DNA of 64,000 bases from Candidatus Zhuqueibacterota bacterium (GTDB lineage: Bacteria; Electryoneota; RPQS01): assembly GCA_016214895.1 (NCBI GenBank), contig JACRMR010000013.1, positions 2,971 through 66,970 of the forward strand. Reading direction: 5' to 3'. Positions 1 to 17,685 of the stretch are shown here, one piece after another (within the stretch, counting starts at the first letter, position 1; each line of letters begins with the position of its first letter). Position numbers and translations under genes: made by a program. The notes beneath the pieces are model-generated. The model had not been told where the DNA came from. It did not search any database and saw only the letters and a list, made by a program, of their open reading frames with translations.

Positions 1-86
1 TCTTCAGGCCCAAGGGGGCGGAATGATTAAAGCTTCGCCAGGAGTGACGATTCGAGCGAGGCGGAGCGAAACTCACATTAATCGCC

Positions 87-269
87 ATGTTTCAGAAGCT
101 GCTTACCTACATCAAAGATGTGCGCCAGGAGATGACCAAAGTCTCGTGGCCGTCGCGGGCCGAGATGATGGAGTCCGCGCGACTCGTGCTCGTGCTGTCG
201 CTGGTGCTGGGCGTGGTTGTGTTCTTTGTGGACCGGATCCTGTCCTACGGACTGGAACAGCTGCTGTAA
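87..269 (+). CDS. secE: preprotein translocase subunit SecE
   Basis: 60-aa ORF with a single C-terminal TM helix (LVLVLSLVLGVVVFFV) and the SecE-like KVSWPSR motif. It sits immediately upstream of the nusG-rplKAJL block. Confidence 0.85.
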   Translation: MFQKLLTYIKDVRQEMTKVSWPSRAEMMESARLVLVLSLVLGVVVFFVDRILSYGLEQLL

Positions 270-302
270 GGTTGGCCAGCAGGGGCAACCGGGCAGAGTG
301 AA

Positions 303-1208
303 TTGAGCGCGGCTTTGAAGCTCGTTACGATCGGATGTCCGGCTTGCGACAGCCCGGTCTTTGAACGGGAACGTACGGTGGGGGATCGGTTCCGCACGGT
401 TCCGGGAGCGCGGTATCAAATTGTGCGCTGCGCTGACTGCCGCCTGCTCTATCTCAACCCGCGACCGACAGACGCCGAGCTCGGCCAGTTCTATGCGGTG
501 CAGGGTTACGATCCGTTTGTCAGCGACCGCCGCGGCTTCTCGCCGGGGAAGTTGATCTACAAATCGGTCCGGTACTTTACCGTGCGCAAGAAGGTCTGGC
601 GAGTTCGCGATGGATTGCCCGGAACACTGCGCGTGCTTGACGTGGGCTGCGCAACCGGCGAGCTGCTTGCGATTTTCCGGCGCCGGGGGGATACAGCCTG
701 TGGCGTCGAGCCGGATGCGGGGGCCGCCGAGTTCGCGCGCAAGCAGGGGCTGACGGTCTGGAACGGCGACATTCGCGCCGTGCCCGCGGACCGCGGGCCG
801 TTTGACCTGATCGTATTCTGGCACGTGCTGGAGCATGTCGCCGACCTGAAGGCGACGCTCGGACGGGTGCGGGAATTGTTGACGGAGCGCGGCAGGCTCG
901 CGATCGCCGTGCCGAATCCGCGATCGCTGGACGCGGGCTGGTATGGAGACCAGTGGGTAGCGTGGGACACGCCGCGGCACCTCTACCACTTTGAGCCGGA
1001 CGTCATGCTCACGACGCTGGACGGGTGCGGATTCCGCGCCGAGCATATGGGCGCGGTGGCGTTTGATGCGATGTACCACAGCCTATTGAGCGATTCGCGC
1101 ACGCCGGTCGGATTCATCCGGGCTCTCGCACGCGGGACCATCAGTTTCCTGAGCGGCTCGCTGGGCGGCAAAGGGTCCTCCGAATTGTATTTCGCCTACA
1201 AAGATTAA
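303..1208 (+). CDS. class I SAM-dependent methyltransferase with N-terminal CxxC...CxxC zinc ribbon
   Basis: N-terminal CPACDS...CADC zinc-ribbon pattern. SAM motif I LDVGCATGELL, a post-I acidic residue and motif II DLIVFWHVLEHV. TTG start 34 nt after the secE stop; its stop lies 10 nt before the nusG ATG. Confidence 0.8.
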   Translation: MSAALKLVTIGCPACDSPVFERERTVGDRFRTVPGARYQIVRCADCRLLYLNPRPTDAELGQFYAVQGYDPFVSDRRGFSPGKLIYKSVRYFTVRKKVWRVRDGLPGTLRVLDVGCATGELLAIFRRRGDTACGVEPDAGAAEFARKQGLTVWNGDIRAVPADRGPFDLIVFWHVLEHVADLKATLGRVRELLTERGRLAIAVPNPRSLDAGWYGDQWVAWDTPRHLYHFEPDVMLTTLDGCGFRAEHMGAVAFDAMYHSLLSDSRTPVGFIRALARGTISFLSGSLGGKGSSELYFAYKD

Positions 1209-1217
1209 AATTCCTTC

Positions 1218-1787
1218 ATGGTTTCCACCGCCGCCGATCCCGCCCTCACTCTGCACTGGTACGTGATTCATGTGTTCACCGGCCAGGAAGAAAAGATCAA
1301 AGCGTTCCTTGACGAGGAGGTCAAGCGGTTGCACCTCGAAGAGCAGTTGACCACCGTGTTGATCCCGAAGGAAGAGGTGGTGGAGATGCGCGATGGCAAG
1401 AAAAAGGTCAAGACGCGCGTCATCTACCCCGGCTACATGTACATCGAGATGCTGCTGAACAAGAACACGGAACACTTGCTGTTGAACACACCGCAGGTGA
1501 TCAATTTCGTGGGACCGAAGAACAAACCGCAGCCGCTGCGCCGCTATGAAATTGACCGCATCCTCGGCCATGTCGATCGCGCCGAAGGCGGGCAGGTTGT
1601 CGAAGTCCCATTCCGGGTCGGCGATGCCATCAAAGTGATCGACGGACCGTTCAAAGATTTCACCGGTGTGGTGCGCGATATCAATCTGGAAAAGCGCAAG
1701 GTCAAGGTGATGGTGTCGATCTTCGGTCGCTCGACACCGATTGAACTTGACTTCTTGCAGGTCTCGACCGAGCTGGCGACGAGCTAA
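1218..1787 (+). CDS. nusG: transcription termination/antitermination factor NusG
   Basis: NGN domain (HWYVIHVFTGQEEK) and C-terminal KOW (GDAIKVIDGPFKDFTGVV). Canonical position after secE. Confidence 0.95.
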   Translation: MVSTAADPALTLHWYVIHVFTGQEEKIKAFLDEEVKRLHLEEQLTTVLIPKEEVVEMRDGKKKVKTRVIYPGYMYIEMLLNKNTEHLLLNTPQVINFVGPKNKPQPLRRYEIDRILGHVDRAEGGQVVEVPFRVGDAIKVIDGPFKDFTGVVRDINLEKRKVKVMVSIFGRSTPIELDFLQVSTELATS

Positions 1788-1911
1788 GGCGGCGCGGCTG
1801 ACCGTCCTGGCGATGACGGCGTCGGAATCGGATGTGTGGCGGGTTGCTTGTAGTTTGATTTTATGTCCCTGGTCCCCCGCGAAGGCGGAGAGATAAGCGA
1901 AGCTCAGAAAT

Positions 1912-2337
1912 ATGGCAAAGAAGATTACCGGTTTCATTCGACTGCAGCTGAATGCGGGTGCGGCCACCCCGGCACCGCCGGTCGGTCCCGCACTGGGCCA
2001 GAAGCAGGTCAACATCATGGAGTTCTGCAAGCAGTTCAATGCACGCACCGAGAAAGATCGCGGGATGATCATTCCGGTCGTCATCACTGTCTATTCGGAC
2101 AAGAGCTTCAGCTTTATCACGAAGACTCCGCCGGCCGCCATTTTGCTCAAGAAGGCCGCCGGGTTGGAAAAAGGCTCGGGCGTGCCGAATCGCACGAAGG
2201 TCGGAACGGTCTCCTTCGCGCAAGTCCGTCAAATCGCCGAACTGAAGATGAAGGACCTGAACGCCAATGACGTTGACATGGCCGTGCGCATGGTCGAGGG
2301 GACCGCGCGCAGCATGGGGATCAACGTACAGAAGTAG
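1912..2337 (+). CDS. rplK: 50S ribosomal protein L11
   Basis: [30 protein letters not shown] is the hallmark L11 N-terminus; 141 aa. Confidence 0.96.
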   Translation: MAKKITGFIRLQLNAGAATPAPPVGPALGQKQVNIMEFCKQFNARTEKDRGMIIPVVITVYSDKSFSFITKTPPAAILLKKAAGLEKGSGVPNRTKVGTVSFAQVRQIAELKMKDLNANDVDMAVRMVEGTARSMGINVQK

Positions 2338-2348
2338 GATTCCGGGCA

Positions 2349-2425
2349 GGTGAAGACACCTGCCGCGGCGAGACGATGAAGACACCTGCCGCGGCGAGAA
2401 GATGGAGACACCTGCCGCAGCGGGT
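2349..2425. repeat. 3 tandem direct copies of a 25-26 nt unit (gAtgaagacacctgccgcggcgaga) in the rplK-rplA spacer
   Basis: Copies at 2349-2373, 2375-2399 and 2401-2425. Each contains the self-complementary octamer gccgcggc (third copy degenerate: gccgcagc). Confidence 0.85.
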
Positions 2426-2520
2426 GAAGCCGCCCTTTGTCCCCCCAAGGGATGGGGCGGGAGAGTAGATAACAGACCGGGAGAGTGGAGATCACTCGTT
2501 GGACCGGAAAAGGAAACCAA

Positions 2521-3219
2521 ATGCCAGATTCCAAGCGCGTCGGCAACAACAAAAAGCTTGTTGACCGGCGCAAAGAGTACACGCTCGACGAGGGAGTGGC
2601 GCTCTTGAAAACGACGGCGCCCGCGAAATTCGACGAGACCGTTGAGATTTCGATTCGCTTGAATGTCGATCCGAAAAAGGCCGATCAGGTTGTGCGCGGT
2701 ACGGTGGCGCTGCCGCATGGCACGGGCAAGAGCGTGCGAGTCTGCGCGATCACCAAGACCAAGGACGCCGAAGCGCGGGAAGCCGGCGCGGACGTGGTCG
2801 GCTTTGAGGACGTGATCGAGAAGATTCGCGGCGGGTGGACGGATACCGACGTGATCGTGGCCACCCCGGAGGCCATGGTCGAGATCGGCAAGCTGGGGAA
2901 GATTCTCGGCCCGCGCGGCCTGATGCCCAATCCGAAGGCTGGCACGGTGACTCCGAATCTCGGACAAGCGATTCGCGAAATCAAGGCCGGCAAGGTCGAA
3001 TTCCGCGTGGACAAGTTCGGCATTCTGCATCTCGGCGTCGGGAAGATCAAGTTCAGCGCGCAGCAGATTCAGGACAATCTGGTGGAGTTCTTCCGCAATG
3101 TGATGCGCCTCAGACCGTCGTCGGCCAAGGGACAATACGTCAAAAGCGTCTTCCTGAGTTCGACGATGGGGCCCGGCATCAGGCTGCAGCGCACCGTGGT
3201 GGAAGCCTCGACGAAATAA
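2521..3219 (+). CDS. rplA: 50S ribosomal protein L1
   Basis: Strong L1 homology (GTVALPHGTGKSVRVCAITK, LGPRGLMPNPKAGTVT). ATG at 2521 is preceded by aaagga; the ORF-track alternative start is 2485. Confidence 0.93.
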   Translation: MPDSKRVGNNKKLVDRRKEYTLDEGVALLKTTAPAKFDETVEISIRLNVDPKKADQVVRGTVALPHGTGKSVRVCAITKTKDAEAREAGADVVGFEDVIEKIRGGWTDTDVIVATPEAMVEIGKLGKILGPRGLMPNPKAGTVTPNLGQAIREIKAGKVEFRVDKFGILHLGVGKIKFSAQQIQDNLVEFFRNVMRLRPSSAKGQYVKSVFLSSTMGPGIRLQRTVVEASTK

Positions 3220-3225
3220 GTATAG

Positions 3226-3266
3226 CCGCGGCCGCCGGCGCCTCTCCGGCTTGGGCCGCTTTTTCA
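3226..3266 (+). terminator. GC-rich hairpin followed by a T5 run between rplA and rplJ (partial terminator/attenuator)
   Basis: gcggccgccggcgcctctccggcttgggccgc followed by ttttt. Confidence 0.45.
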
Positions 3267-3289
3267 TATACCATCAACCGTAAGACCGC

Positions 3290-3832
3290 ATGGAAACCAC
3301 CGTCAAGAGACCGCCCAAGCAAAAAAAGGTCGATACCGCGGCCCGGCTCGCGGATAAGGTCGATCGTGCCCGCGGACTCTATTTCACGGAGTACAAAGGG
3401 CTCACGGTCGAGGAGATTACCGAGCTGCGTCGTCAATGCTACCAGAACAAGATTGAGTATCTGGTCGTGAAGAACACGTTCTCCCGGCGCGTGCTGAAGG
3501 AGAAGGGGTTCGACTCCGCAATTCCGCATCTCATCGGACCGACGGCCATCTGTTTCGGATATGCCGATCCGGCTGTGCCCGCCAAGGTGCTGTATGATTT
3601 CTCGCAGAAGAACGAGAAGCTGGTCCTGAAGGGCGGCATTTTCGAAGGGAAACCGATCAGCGCGAAGGACATCGCCGCGATCAAGGATCTGCCGAGCCGC
3701 GACCAGGCGATTGCGATGACAATCGGCGCGATCTTCGGACCGGTGCAGGCCTTCCACAACGTGCTGACCGCCATACTGCGCGATTTCGTATCGGTGATCG
3801 ACCAGATCGCCGAGCAGAAGTCCGCGGCGTAG
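3290..3832 (+). CDS. rplJ: 50S ribosomal protein L10
   Basis: L10 family homology; canonical position before rplL. Confidence 0.95.
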   Translation: METTVKRPPKQKKVDTAARLADKVDRARGLYFTEYKGLTVEEITELRRQCYQNKIEYLVVKNTFSRRVLKEKGFDSAIPHLIGPTAICFGYADPAVPAKVLYDFSQKNEKLVLKGGIFEGKPISAKDIAAIKDLPSRDQAIAMTIGAIFGPVQAFHNVLTAILRDFVSVIDQIAEQKSAA

Positions 3833-3883
3833 GCGAATTCCGACTGACAATTTTCAACGAACACTATAATCGGAGACAGTCTC

Positions 3884-4261
3884 GTGAATCAGATTCTTGA
3901 GGCCATCGAAAAGATGACCGTGATGGAACTCGTTGAGCTGAAGAAAGCTCTCGAGGAGAAGTTTGGAGTGACCGCCGCCGCGCCGATGATGATGGGCATG
4001 ATGCCGGCGATGGGTGGCGCGGGTGCCGCCGCCGCGCCGGTGGAAGAGAAGACCGAGTTCGACGTCATCCTGGCCGCCGCCGGCGAGAAGAAGATTCAGG
4101 TGATCAAGGTCGTCCGCGAGCTGACGAGTCTCGGACTCAAGGAAGCCAAGGACCTCGTGGACGGCGCGCCGAAAGCGGTGAAGGAAGGCGTGTCCAAGGA
4201 CGAGGCCGAAAAAGTCAAGGCCAAGCTGGAAGAGCAGGGAGCCACGGTCGAGATCAAGTAA
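3884..4261 (+). CDS. rplL: 50S ribosomal protein L7/L12
   Basis: N-terminal dimerisation helix, Ala/Pro hinge ([22 protein letters not shown]) and conserved CTD ([12 protein letters not shown]). Confidence 0.96.
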   Translation: MNQILEAIEKMTVMELVELKKALEEKFGVTAAAPMMMGMMPAMGGAGAAAAPVEEKTEFDVILAAAGEKKIQVIKVVRELTSLGLKEAKDLVDGAPKAVKEGVSKDEAEKVKAKLEEQGATVEIK

Positions 4262-4309
4262 CCAGATCGGTGACCAAGTTCCGACTCCTCATGGCGTGAA
4301 TCTACTGGG

Positions 4310-4363
4310 TTGCCGAGCCGGACCGCGAGCCCCGCGGAATCGGCTTGGCAATCTTGCGTTTTC
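4310..4363 (+). terminator. rplL-rpoB intergenic attenuator-like hairpin with T-run
   Basis: ttgccgagccg...cggcttggcaa stem with a nested GC hairpin, then tcttgcgtttt. Its position matches the classical rplL-rpoB attenuator. Confidence 0.45.
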
Positions 4364-4459
4364 CGGGACCGCGATTTCCGCCTGACGTCCCTCCGCAAAT
4401 CCCTCTCACGAGCCAGTTTCAGTCTGCTGTTCCTTCCGATCAACACGGGAGAATGACCG

Positions 4460-8254
<3,795 letters not shown>

Positions 8255-8343
8255 TCGGCGCGCATTGCGCGTCCTCCCCCGCCTGGCCGGGCTCTTCCCG
8301 GCGGGTACGTCATCGACCGACACTCATCTCGAGGGAGACATAG

Positions 8344-12657
<4,314 letters not shown>

Positions 12658-12686
12658 AGCCCGCTCTTTCGCCTGATTTCGCACGT

Positions 12687-12718
12687 GAGTACCGTAAACA
12701 CATAGGTTTACGGTACTC
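12687..12718. promoter_or_regulatory. perfect 13-6-13 inverted repeat (gagtaccgtaaac-acatag-gtttacggtactc)
   Basis: Read directly from the sequence. It lies 30 nt after the rpoC stop and ~50 nt upstream of the putative str -35 box, with no T-run after it. Confidence 0.5.
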
Positions 12719-12769
12719 GACTGCGCCGTGTGATGGGTGATAATAATCGGGGAGATTCGTGAGACGGCC

Positions 12770-12798
12770 TTGACAATCCGGTACTCATTCGTTATTTT
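12770..12798 (+). promoter_or_regulatory. putative sigma70-type promoter of the rpsL-rpsG-fusA operon
   Basis: TTGACA (12770-12775), 17-nt spacer, TATTTT (12793-12798). An aaaaggg RBS precedes the rpsL start. Confidence 0.5.
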
Positions 12799-12828
12799 TG
12801 AAAGTCTAAGCCGAAAAGGGAGTTCTGT

Positions 12829-13236
12829 TTGCCAACTGTTCAGCAGTTAATACGTTCACGGCGGGAGCCAGCCAAGTATAAGACTGCGGCCCCCGCGCTC
12901 GTGCGGTGCCCGCAGCGCCGCGGGGTTTGTACCCGAGTCTATACGACGACCCCCAAGAAGCCGAATTCGGCACTGCGCAAGGTTGCCCGTGTCAAGCTGA
13001 CCAATGGCATTGTGGTCACGGCCTACATTCCGGGCGAAGGCCACAACTTGCAGGAACATTCGATTGTGATGATCCGGGGAGGGCGTGTCAAGGACCTCCC
13101 GGGAGTTCGCTACCACATCATCCGCGGGATCCTCGATACGGCAGGGGTGGATGGCCGCAGGCAGGGCCGCTCCAAGTACGGGACCAAGAAGAAGGCTGCT
13201 CCGGCCGCCAAGGGTGGAGCCCCAAAGAAGAAGTAA
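12829..13236 (+). CDS. rpsL: 30S ribosomal protein S12
   Basis: [12 protein letters not shown]...[10 protein letters not shown]: S12. Confidence 0.96.
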   Translation: MPTVQQLIRSRREPAKYKTAAPALVRCPQRRGVCTRVYTTTPKKPNSALRKVARVKLTNGIVVTAYIPGEGHNLQEHSIVMIRGGRVKDLPGVRYHIIRGILDTAGVDGRRQGRSKYGTKKKAAPAAKGGAPKKK

Positions 13237-13279
13237 ATCGCCGTCCCACGACGATTTTGATCTGATCGCTTAATCCGAA

Positions 13280-13750
13280 ATGTCCAGAAGAAAACGCATC
13301 GTCAAGCGCGAAATCCTGCCGGATCCGAAGTACAATTCGACCGAGGTTACCGCGTTCATCAACGGCCTGTTACGCCGCGGCAAACGCTCGATTTCCGAGA
13401 GTATCGTTTACGGCGCTTTCGAAATCATCGAAGCCAAGGCCAAGCAGAATCCGCTCGAAGTGTTTGACTCGGCGATGAAGAACGCATCACCGGTCGTCGA
13501 GGTCAAGAGTCGCCGAGTCGGCGGTTCGACCTATCAAGTGCCGGTGGAAGTCAAGACCATGCGTCGGCGCGCCCTGGCCATTCGATGGATCTTGATCTAC
13601 GCTCGTCAACGCGGAGACAAGACCATGGCGCAGAAGCTGGCGATGGAATTCATGGCCGCGGCGAAGGGCGAAGGCGGCGCGATCAAGAAGCGTGACGATA
13701 CGCACAAGATGGCGGAAGCGAACAAGGCGTTTGCGCATTTCCGCTGGTAG
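13280..13750 (+). CDS. rpsG: 30S ribosomal protein S7
   Basis: MSRRKRIVKREILPDPKYNS: S7. Confidence 0.96.
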   Translation: MSRRKRIVKREILPDPKYNSTEVTAFINGLLRRGKRSISESIVYGAFEIIEAKAKQNPLEVFDSAMKNASPVVEVKSRRVGGSTYQVPVEVKTMRRRALAIRWILIYARQRGDKTMAQKLAMEFMAAAKGEGGAIKKRDDTHKMAEANKAFAHFRW

Positions 13751-13898
13751 GCGATCCTATAGCAGAATCCCCGATCCCCCCTTTGGTGCCCCCATCAGAG
13801 CGGGGGGAGAACCGATGAAGACCCGGGCCGGGTTGTGAAAATTCAGCCCGGCTTGACGATAATTGATGAGACGACGATAACCCCCGTTTGAAGCTCAC

Positions 13899-16019
13899 GT
13901 GACCGTTCCCAGCGCAACACAGAAACCTAAGAAGTCCGGTAAGGAGTCGTCCGAGAAGACGCCGCTGTCCATGATCCGCAATATCGGGATCATGGCCCAC
14001 ATCGACGCCGGCAAGACGACGACGACCGAACGCATCCTGTTCTATACGGGACGCCTGCACCGCATCGGCGAAGTGCATGAAGGCGCCGCGACCATGGACT
14101 GGATGGAGCAGGAAAAAGAGCGCGGGATCACGATCACCTCCGCGGCGACGACCTGCCAGTGGCGGGATCACCGGGTGAACATCATCGACACGCCGGGGCA
14201 CGTGGATTTCACGGTCGAGGTCGAGCGCTCGTTGCGAGTTCTGGACGGCGCGGTGGCGCTGTTCTGCGCGGTGGGCGGCGTGGAGCCGCAGTCGGAAACG
14301 GTGTGGCGCCAGGCCAACCGCTACGAGGTCCCGCGCCTCTGTTTTGTCAACAAGATGGACCGCTCGGGCGCGGATTTCTTCCGCGCCGTCGAGATGATTC
14401 GGACGCGGCTGCACGCGAACCCGGTGCCGATCGCGATTCCGGTGGGGGCCGCCGACCTGTTCCAAGGGGTGATTGACTTGATCACCTTCAAAGAAATCGT
14501 CTGGGTCGATGATTCCCATGGCATGCACTTCGAGACGTTCGACGTGCCGAAGGACATGTACGATACCGCCCACCACTGGCGCGAAAAGATGCTGGAGTCG
14601 ATCTCCGATTACGACGATCACCTGATGGAGAAATTCCTGAACGGTGAGCCGATCGAGCCGGGAGAGATTCGCGCCGCGCTGCGCAAGGCGACCTGCGACC
14701 TGAAGATTTTCCCGGTACTGTGCGGCGCGTCCTTCAAGAATAAGGGCGTGCAGATGTTGCTGGATGGCGTGGTGGACTACCTGCCGTCACCGTTGGACAA
14801 GGGATCGGTGGTCGGAATCAATCCCAAGACCGACGAGGAGGAGGAGCGCCAGCCGGATGTCAATGCACCGTTCGCGGCCCTGGCCTTCAAGATCGCGACG
14901 GATCCCTATGTTGGCAAGCTGACCTTCATCCGCGTGTATTCGGGCAAGCTGGACGCGGGCAGTCAGGTGCTCAACATGAAGACCGGCAAGAAGGAACGGG
15001 TGTCGCGCCTGTTGCACATGCATGCCAATAAGCGCGAAGACGTTACGGAAATGATCGCAGGCGATATCGGAGCCGCGGTGGGACTATCGACCGTTCGCAC
15101 GGGGGATACGTTGTGCTTTGAGTCGCACCAGATCGTGCTGGAACGGATGGAATTCCCAATGCCGGTGATTGAGATCGCGATCGAGCCCAAGACGAAAGGC
15201 GATCAGGATCGGATTTCCGAATCGCTGGCCAAGTTGGCCGAGGAAGACCCGACCTTCCGGGTCGGATTCAACGACGAAACCGGGCAGACGGTGATCGCCG
15301 GCATGGGCGAGCTGCACCTGGAGATTATCGTGGACCGGCTGTTGCGCGAATTCAAATGCGATGCGGTCGTGGGTCGGCCGCAGGTCGCGTATCGCGAAGG
15401 GATTCGCAAGACCGCGCACGAAAACCACAAGTTCGCCAAGCAGTCGGGCGGTCGCGGTCAGTACGGTCACGTGGTGATCGACATTGAACCCGCCCCAACC
15501 GGCAGCGGCTTGATATTTGACAATAAAATCGTCGGTGGCGCGATTCCAAAGGAATACATCCCGGCGATCAATAAGGGTCTCGACGAGGCGATGAAAACCG
15601 GTGTGCTGGCGGGTTACCCGCTGCTGGACATCAAGGTCTCGCTGGTCGATGGCTCCTATCACGAAGTTGACTCGAACGAAATGGCCTTTAAGATTGCGGC
15701 ATCGATGGCGATGAAGGAAGCGGTCCGCAAGGCCGATCCGGTGTTGCGCGAGCCGATCATGAAGGTCGAAGTCGTGACTCCCGATACCTATATGGGTAGT
15801 GTGGTTGGCGATTTGAATTCGCGGCGCGGCCGCATCAACGAGATGCACCCGCGCTCGGACGGCCAGGTTGTGACCGCTATGGTTCCGCTCGCCGAAATGT
15901 TCGGCTACGCGACTGCGCTGCGCTCCAACACTCAGGGTCGAGCCATTTTCTCGATGGTGTTCGATCATTATGCGGACGTACCGAAGTCGGTGGCCGAAGC
16001 CATCCTCGAGAAGAAGTAG
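13899..16019 (+). CDS. fusA: elongation factor G
   Basis: G1 box [26 protein letters not shown]. 706 aa with a ~25-aa N-terminal extension; an alternative start is the Met at 13971. Confidence 0.95.
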   Translation: MTVPSATQKPKKSGKESSEKTPLSMIRNIGIMAHIDAGKTTTTERILFYTGRLHRIGEVHEGAATMDWMEQEKERGITITSAATTCQWRDHRVNIIDTPGHVDFTVEVERSLRVLDGAVALFCAVGGVEPQSETVWRQANRYEVPRLCFVNKMDRSGADFFRAVEMIRTRLHANPVPIAIPVGAADLFQGVIDLITFKEIVWVDDSHGMHFETFDVPKDMYDTAHHWREKMLESISDYDDHLMEKFLNGEPIEPGEIRAALRKATCDLKIFPVLCGASFKNKGVQMLLDGVVDYLPSPLDKGSVVGINPKTDEEEERQPDVNAPFAALAFKIATDPYVGKLTFIRVYSGKLDAGSQVLNMKTGKKERVSRLLHMHANKREDVTEMIAGDIGAAVGLSTVRTGDTLCFESHQIVLERMEFPMPVIEIAIEPKTKGDQDRISESLAKLAEEDPTFRVGFNDETGQTVIAGMGELHLEIIVDRLLREFKCDAVVGRPQVAYREGIRKTAHENHKFAKQSGGRGQYGHVVIDIEPAPTGSGLIFDNKIVGGAIPKEYIPAINKGLDEAMKTGVLAGYPLLDIKVSLVDGSYHEVDSNEMAFKIAASMAMKEAVRKADPVLREPIMKVEVVTPDTYMGSVVGDLNSRRGRINEMHPRSDGQVVTAMVPLAEMFGYATALRSNTQGRAIFSMVFDHYADVPKSVAEAILEKK

Positions 16020-16029
16020 ATTCCACACA

Positions 16030-16077
16030 CAGCCCGCCGGATTCGCCGCATGGCAATCGATGCGGGCTGACTTTTTG
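16030..16077 (+). terminator. rho-independent terminator after fusA
   Basis: 8-bp stem cagcccgc/gcgggctg enclosing a structured loop, followed by actttttg. Confidence 0.6.
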
Positions 16078-16113
16078 ACTATTTCCCCCACGTTAGCCGG
16101 CTGAATACCCCGG

Positions 16114-16431
16114 ATGGACACGCTGAAAAAGGGCTACATTCGTATCCGGTTGAAGAGTTACGATCATAACCTGATCGACAAATCAACCGAGAAAATCATC
16201 CAAACCGCCAAGACCACGGGCGCGCTCATCTCCGGGCCGATTCCGTTGCCAACGCGGCGCTCCGTCGTCACCGTGAACCGCTCGCCGCACGTCGATAAGA
16301 AGTCGCGTGAACAGTTCGAGACGCGGGTGCACAAGCGGCTGATCGACATCCACAATTCCACGCCCCGGACCATCGATGCGCTGATTCGTATTGAATTGCC
16401 GGCCGGCGTCGATATCGAGATCAAGACATGA
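16114..16431 (+). CDS. rpsJ: 30S ribosomal protein S10
   Basis: [10 protein letters not shown]...[11 protein letters not shown]: S10. Confidence 0.95.
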   Translation: MDTLKKGYIRIRLKSYDHNLIDKSTEKIIQTAKTTGALISGPIPLPTRRSVVTVNRSPHVDKKSREQFETRVHKRLIDIHNSTPRTIDALIRIELPAGVDIEIKT

Positions 16432-17045
16432 TCGGAATGCTCGGGAAAAAGGTCGGCATGACCCAAATCTTCGACGAGAAGGGCACGGCAGTGCCCGTCA
16501 CCGTCATTGAGTTGGGGCCGAACCAGATCACCAATATCCGTACGCGGGCCGATCACGGCTACGAAGCGGTCTGTCTCGGCTTCGGTCAGAAGCGTGACAA
16601 GCTCGTGGTGAAGCCGCTCAAGGGCCACTACAAGAAGCTGGGCCTGACGGCGCCGAAAGTCGAGCGCGAAGTCCGCGACATGCCCGCCGAGGGCAAGCGG
16701 ATCGGTGACTCCCTGAAGTGCGACGTGTTCAAGCTCGGCGACCGGGTCAAGGTGTCCGGCGTTTCCAAGGGCCGCGGCTTCGCGGGTGTCATTCGCCGGC
16801 ATCATTTCTCCTCGGTCGTGGACAGTCACGGTACGCATGAATTCTTCCGTCACGGCGGCGCGATCGGCGCGCACACATTCCCCGGTCGAGTGTGGAAAGG
16901 GTTGCGCATGGCGGGGCGCATGGGAGCCGACAACGTGACCGTCAAGAATCTTAAAGTGGTTCGCGTCGATGTGGACGCGAACCTGATCATGGTCAAGGGC
17001 GCGATTCCCGGACCGAACAAGGGCTTAGTGCTGGTTCGTAAGTAG
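16428..17045 (+). CDS. rplC: 50S ribosomal protein L3
   Basis: [19 protein letters not shown]: L3. Confidence 0.96.
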   Translation: MIGMLGKKVGMTQIFDEKGTAVPVTVIELGPNQITNIRTRADHGYEAVCLGFGQKRDKLVVKPLKGHYKKLGLTAPKVEREVRDMPAEGKRIGDSLKCDVFKLGDRVKVSGVSKGRGFAGVIRRHHFSSVVDSHGTHEFFRHGGAIGAHTFPGRVWKGLRMAGRMGADNVTVKNLKVVRVDVDANLIMVKGAIPGPNKGLVLVRK

Positions 17046-17049
17046 CATC

Positions 17050-17685
17050 ATGAAACTTCCCGTTTATAAACAAGACGGCTCCAAGTCCGCCGACAGTGTT
17101 GAACTGCCGGATGCGATGCTGCAGGTTGAGCCTAACGATCACGCGATCTGGCTGGCCGTGCGCAGCGAGCAAGCCGCGCAGCGCCAGGGTACCGCGAAGA
17201 CCAAGATCCGCAAGTACGTGCGCGGCGGCGGCCGGAAGCCGTTCAAGCAGAAAGGCCGTGGGGTGGCCCGGCAGGGCACGAGCCGCTCGCCCTTGATGCC
17301 TGGCGGCGGTACGATTTTCGGGCCGGTACCCCATAAGTACCATGTCGGGGTCGGCGACAAGGTGAAGAAGATCGCCCGGCTGAGCGCGCTGGTGCATAAG
17401 GCAAAGGCCGACAAGATCCGAATTGTGGAAGATTTCACGATGAGCGCGCCGCGGACCAAATCCGTGACCGGTCTGTTCAAAGCGCTGGGACTCGACGCCG
17501 AACGCGTGCTCGTACTGACTCCGGAATACGATTTGAATCTGGCCAAGAGCGTGCGCAATGTTACCAGGGCCCATGCGCAAAAGGCTGAAGCAGCGTCAAC
17601 GCTGGACCTGATGAACTGCTCGACGATCGTCTTACAGAAGAGCGCGCTGCCCAAACTGTTGAAGGTGCTCGGCCATGCTGCATAA
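17050..17685 (+). CDS. rplD: 50S ribosomal protein L4
   Basis: L4 family homology; S10 operon order. Confidence 0.94.
   Translation: MKLPVYKQDGSKSADSVELPDAMLQVEPNDHAIWLAVRSEQAAQRQGTAKTKIRKYVRGGGRKPFKQKGRGVARQGTSRSPLMPGGGTIFGPVPHKYHVGVGDKVKKIARLSALVHKAKADKIRIVEDFTMSAPRTKSVTGLFKALGLDAERVLVLTPEYDLNLAKSVRNVTRAHAQKAEAASTLDLMNCSTIVLQKSALPKLLKVLGHAA

Noticed and set aside
1-86. Possible 3' end of tRNA-Trp or tuf upstream of secE
   Set aside because: No T-arm or acceptor-stem pattern (GGTTCGAATCC-like) could be found in the first 86 nt. Any tRNA or tuf would lie outside the window.
2349-2425. Possible CRISPR array
   Set aside because: There are only three directly abutting repeat copies with no unique spacers between them. 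The location is a ribosomal-protein leader, and no cas genes are present.
2835-3470. 211-aa ORF overlapping rplA and rplJ in another frame
   Set aside because: It is out of frame with two confidently identified ribosomal-protein genes, and its product is Arg/Gly-rich low complexity.
13751-13898. Internal promoter for fusA (TTGACG-17-GATAAC) in the rpsG-fusA spacer
   Set aside because: The -10 match is weak, and the spacer also shows GC hairpins. It is not convincing enough to list as a feature.
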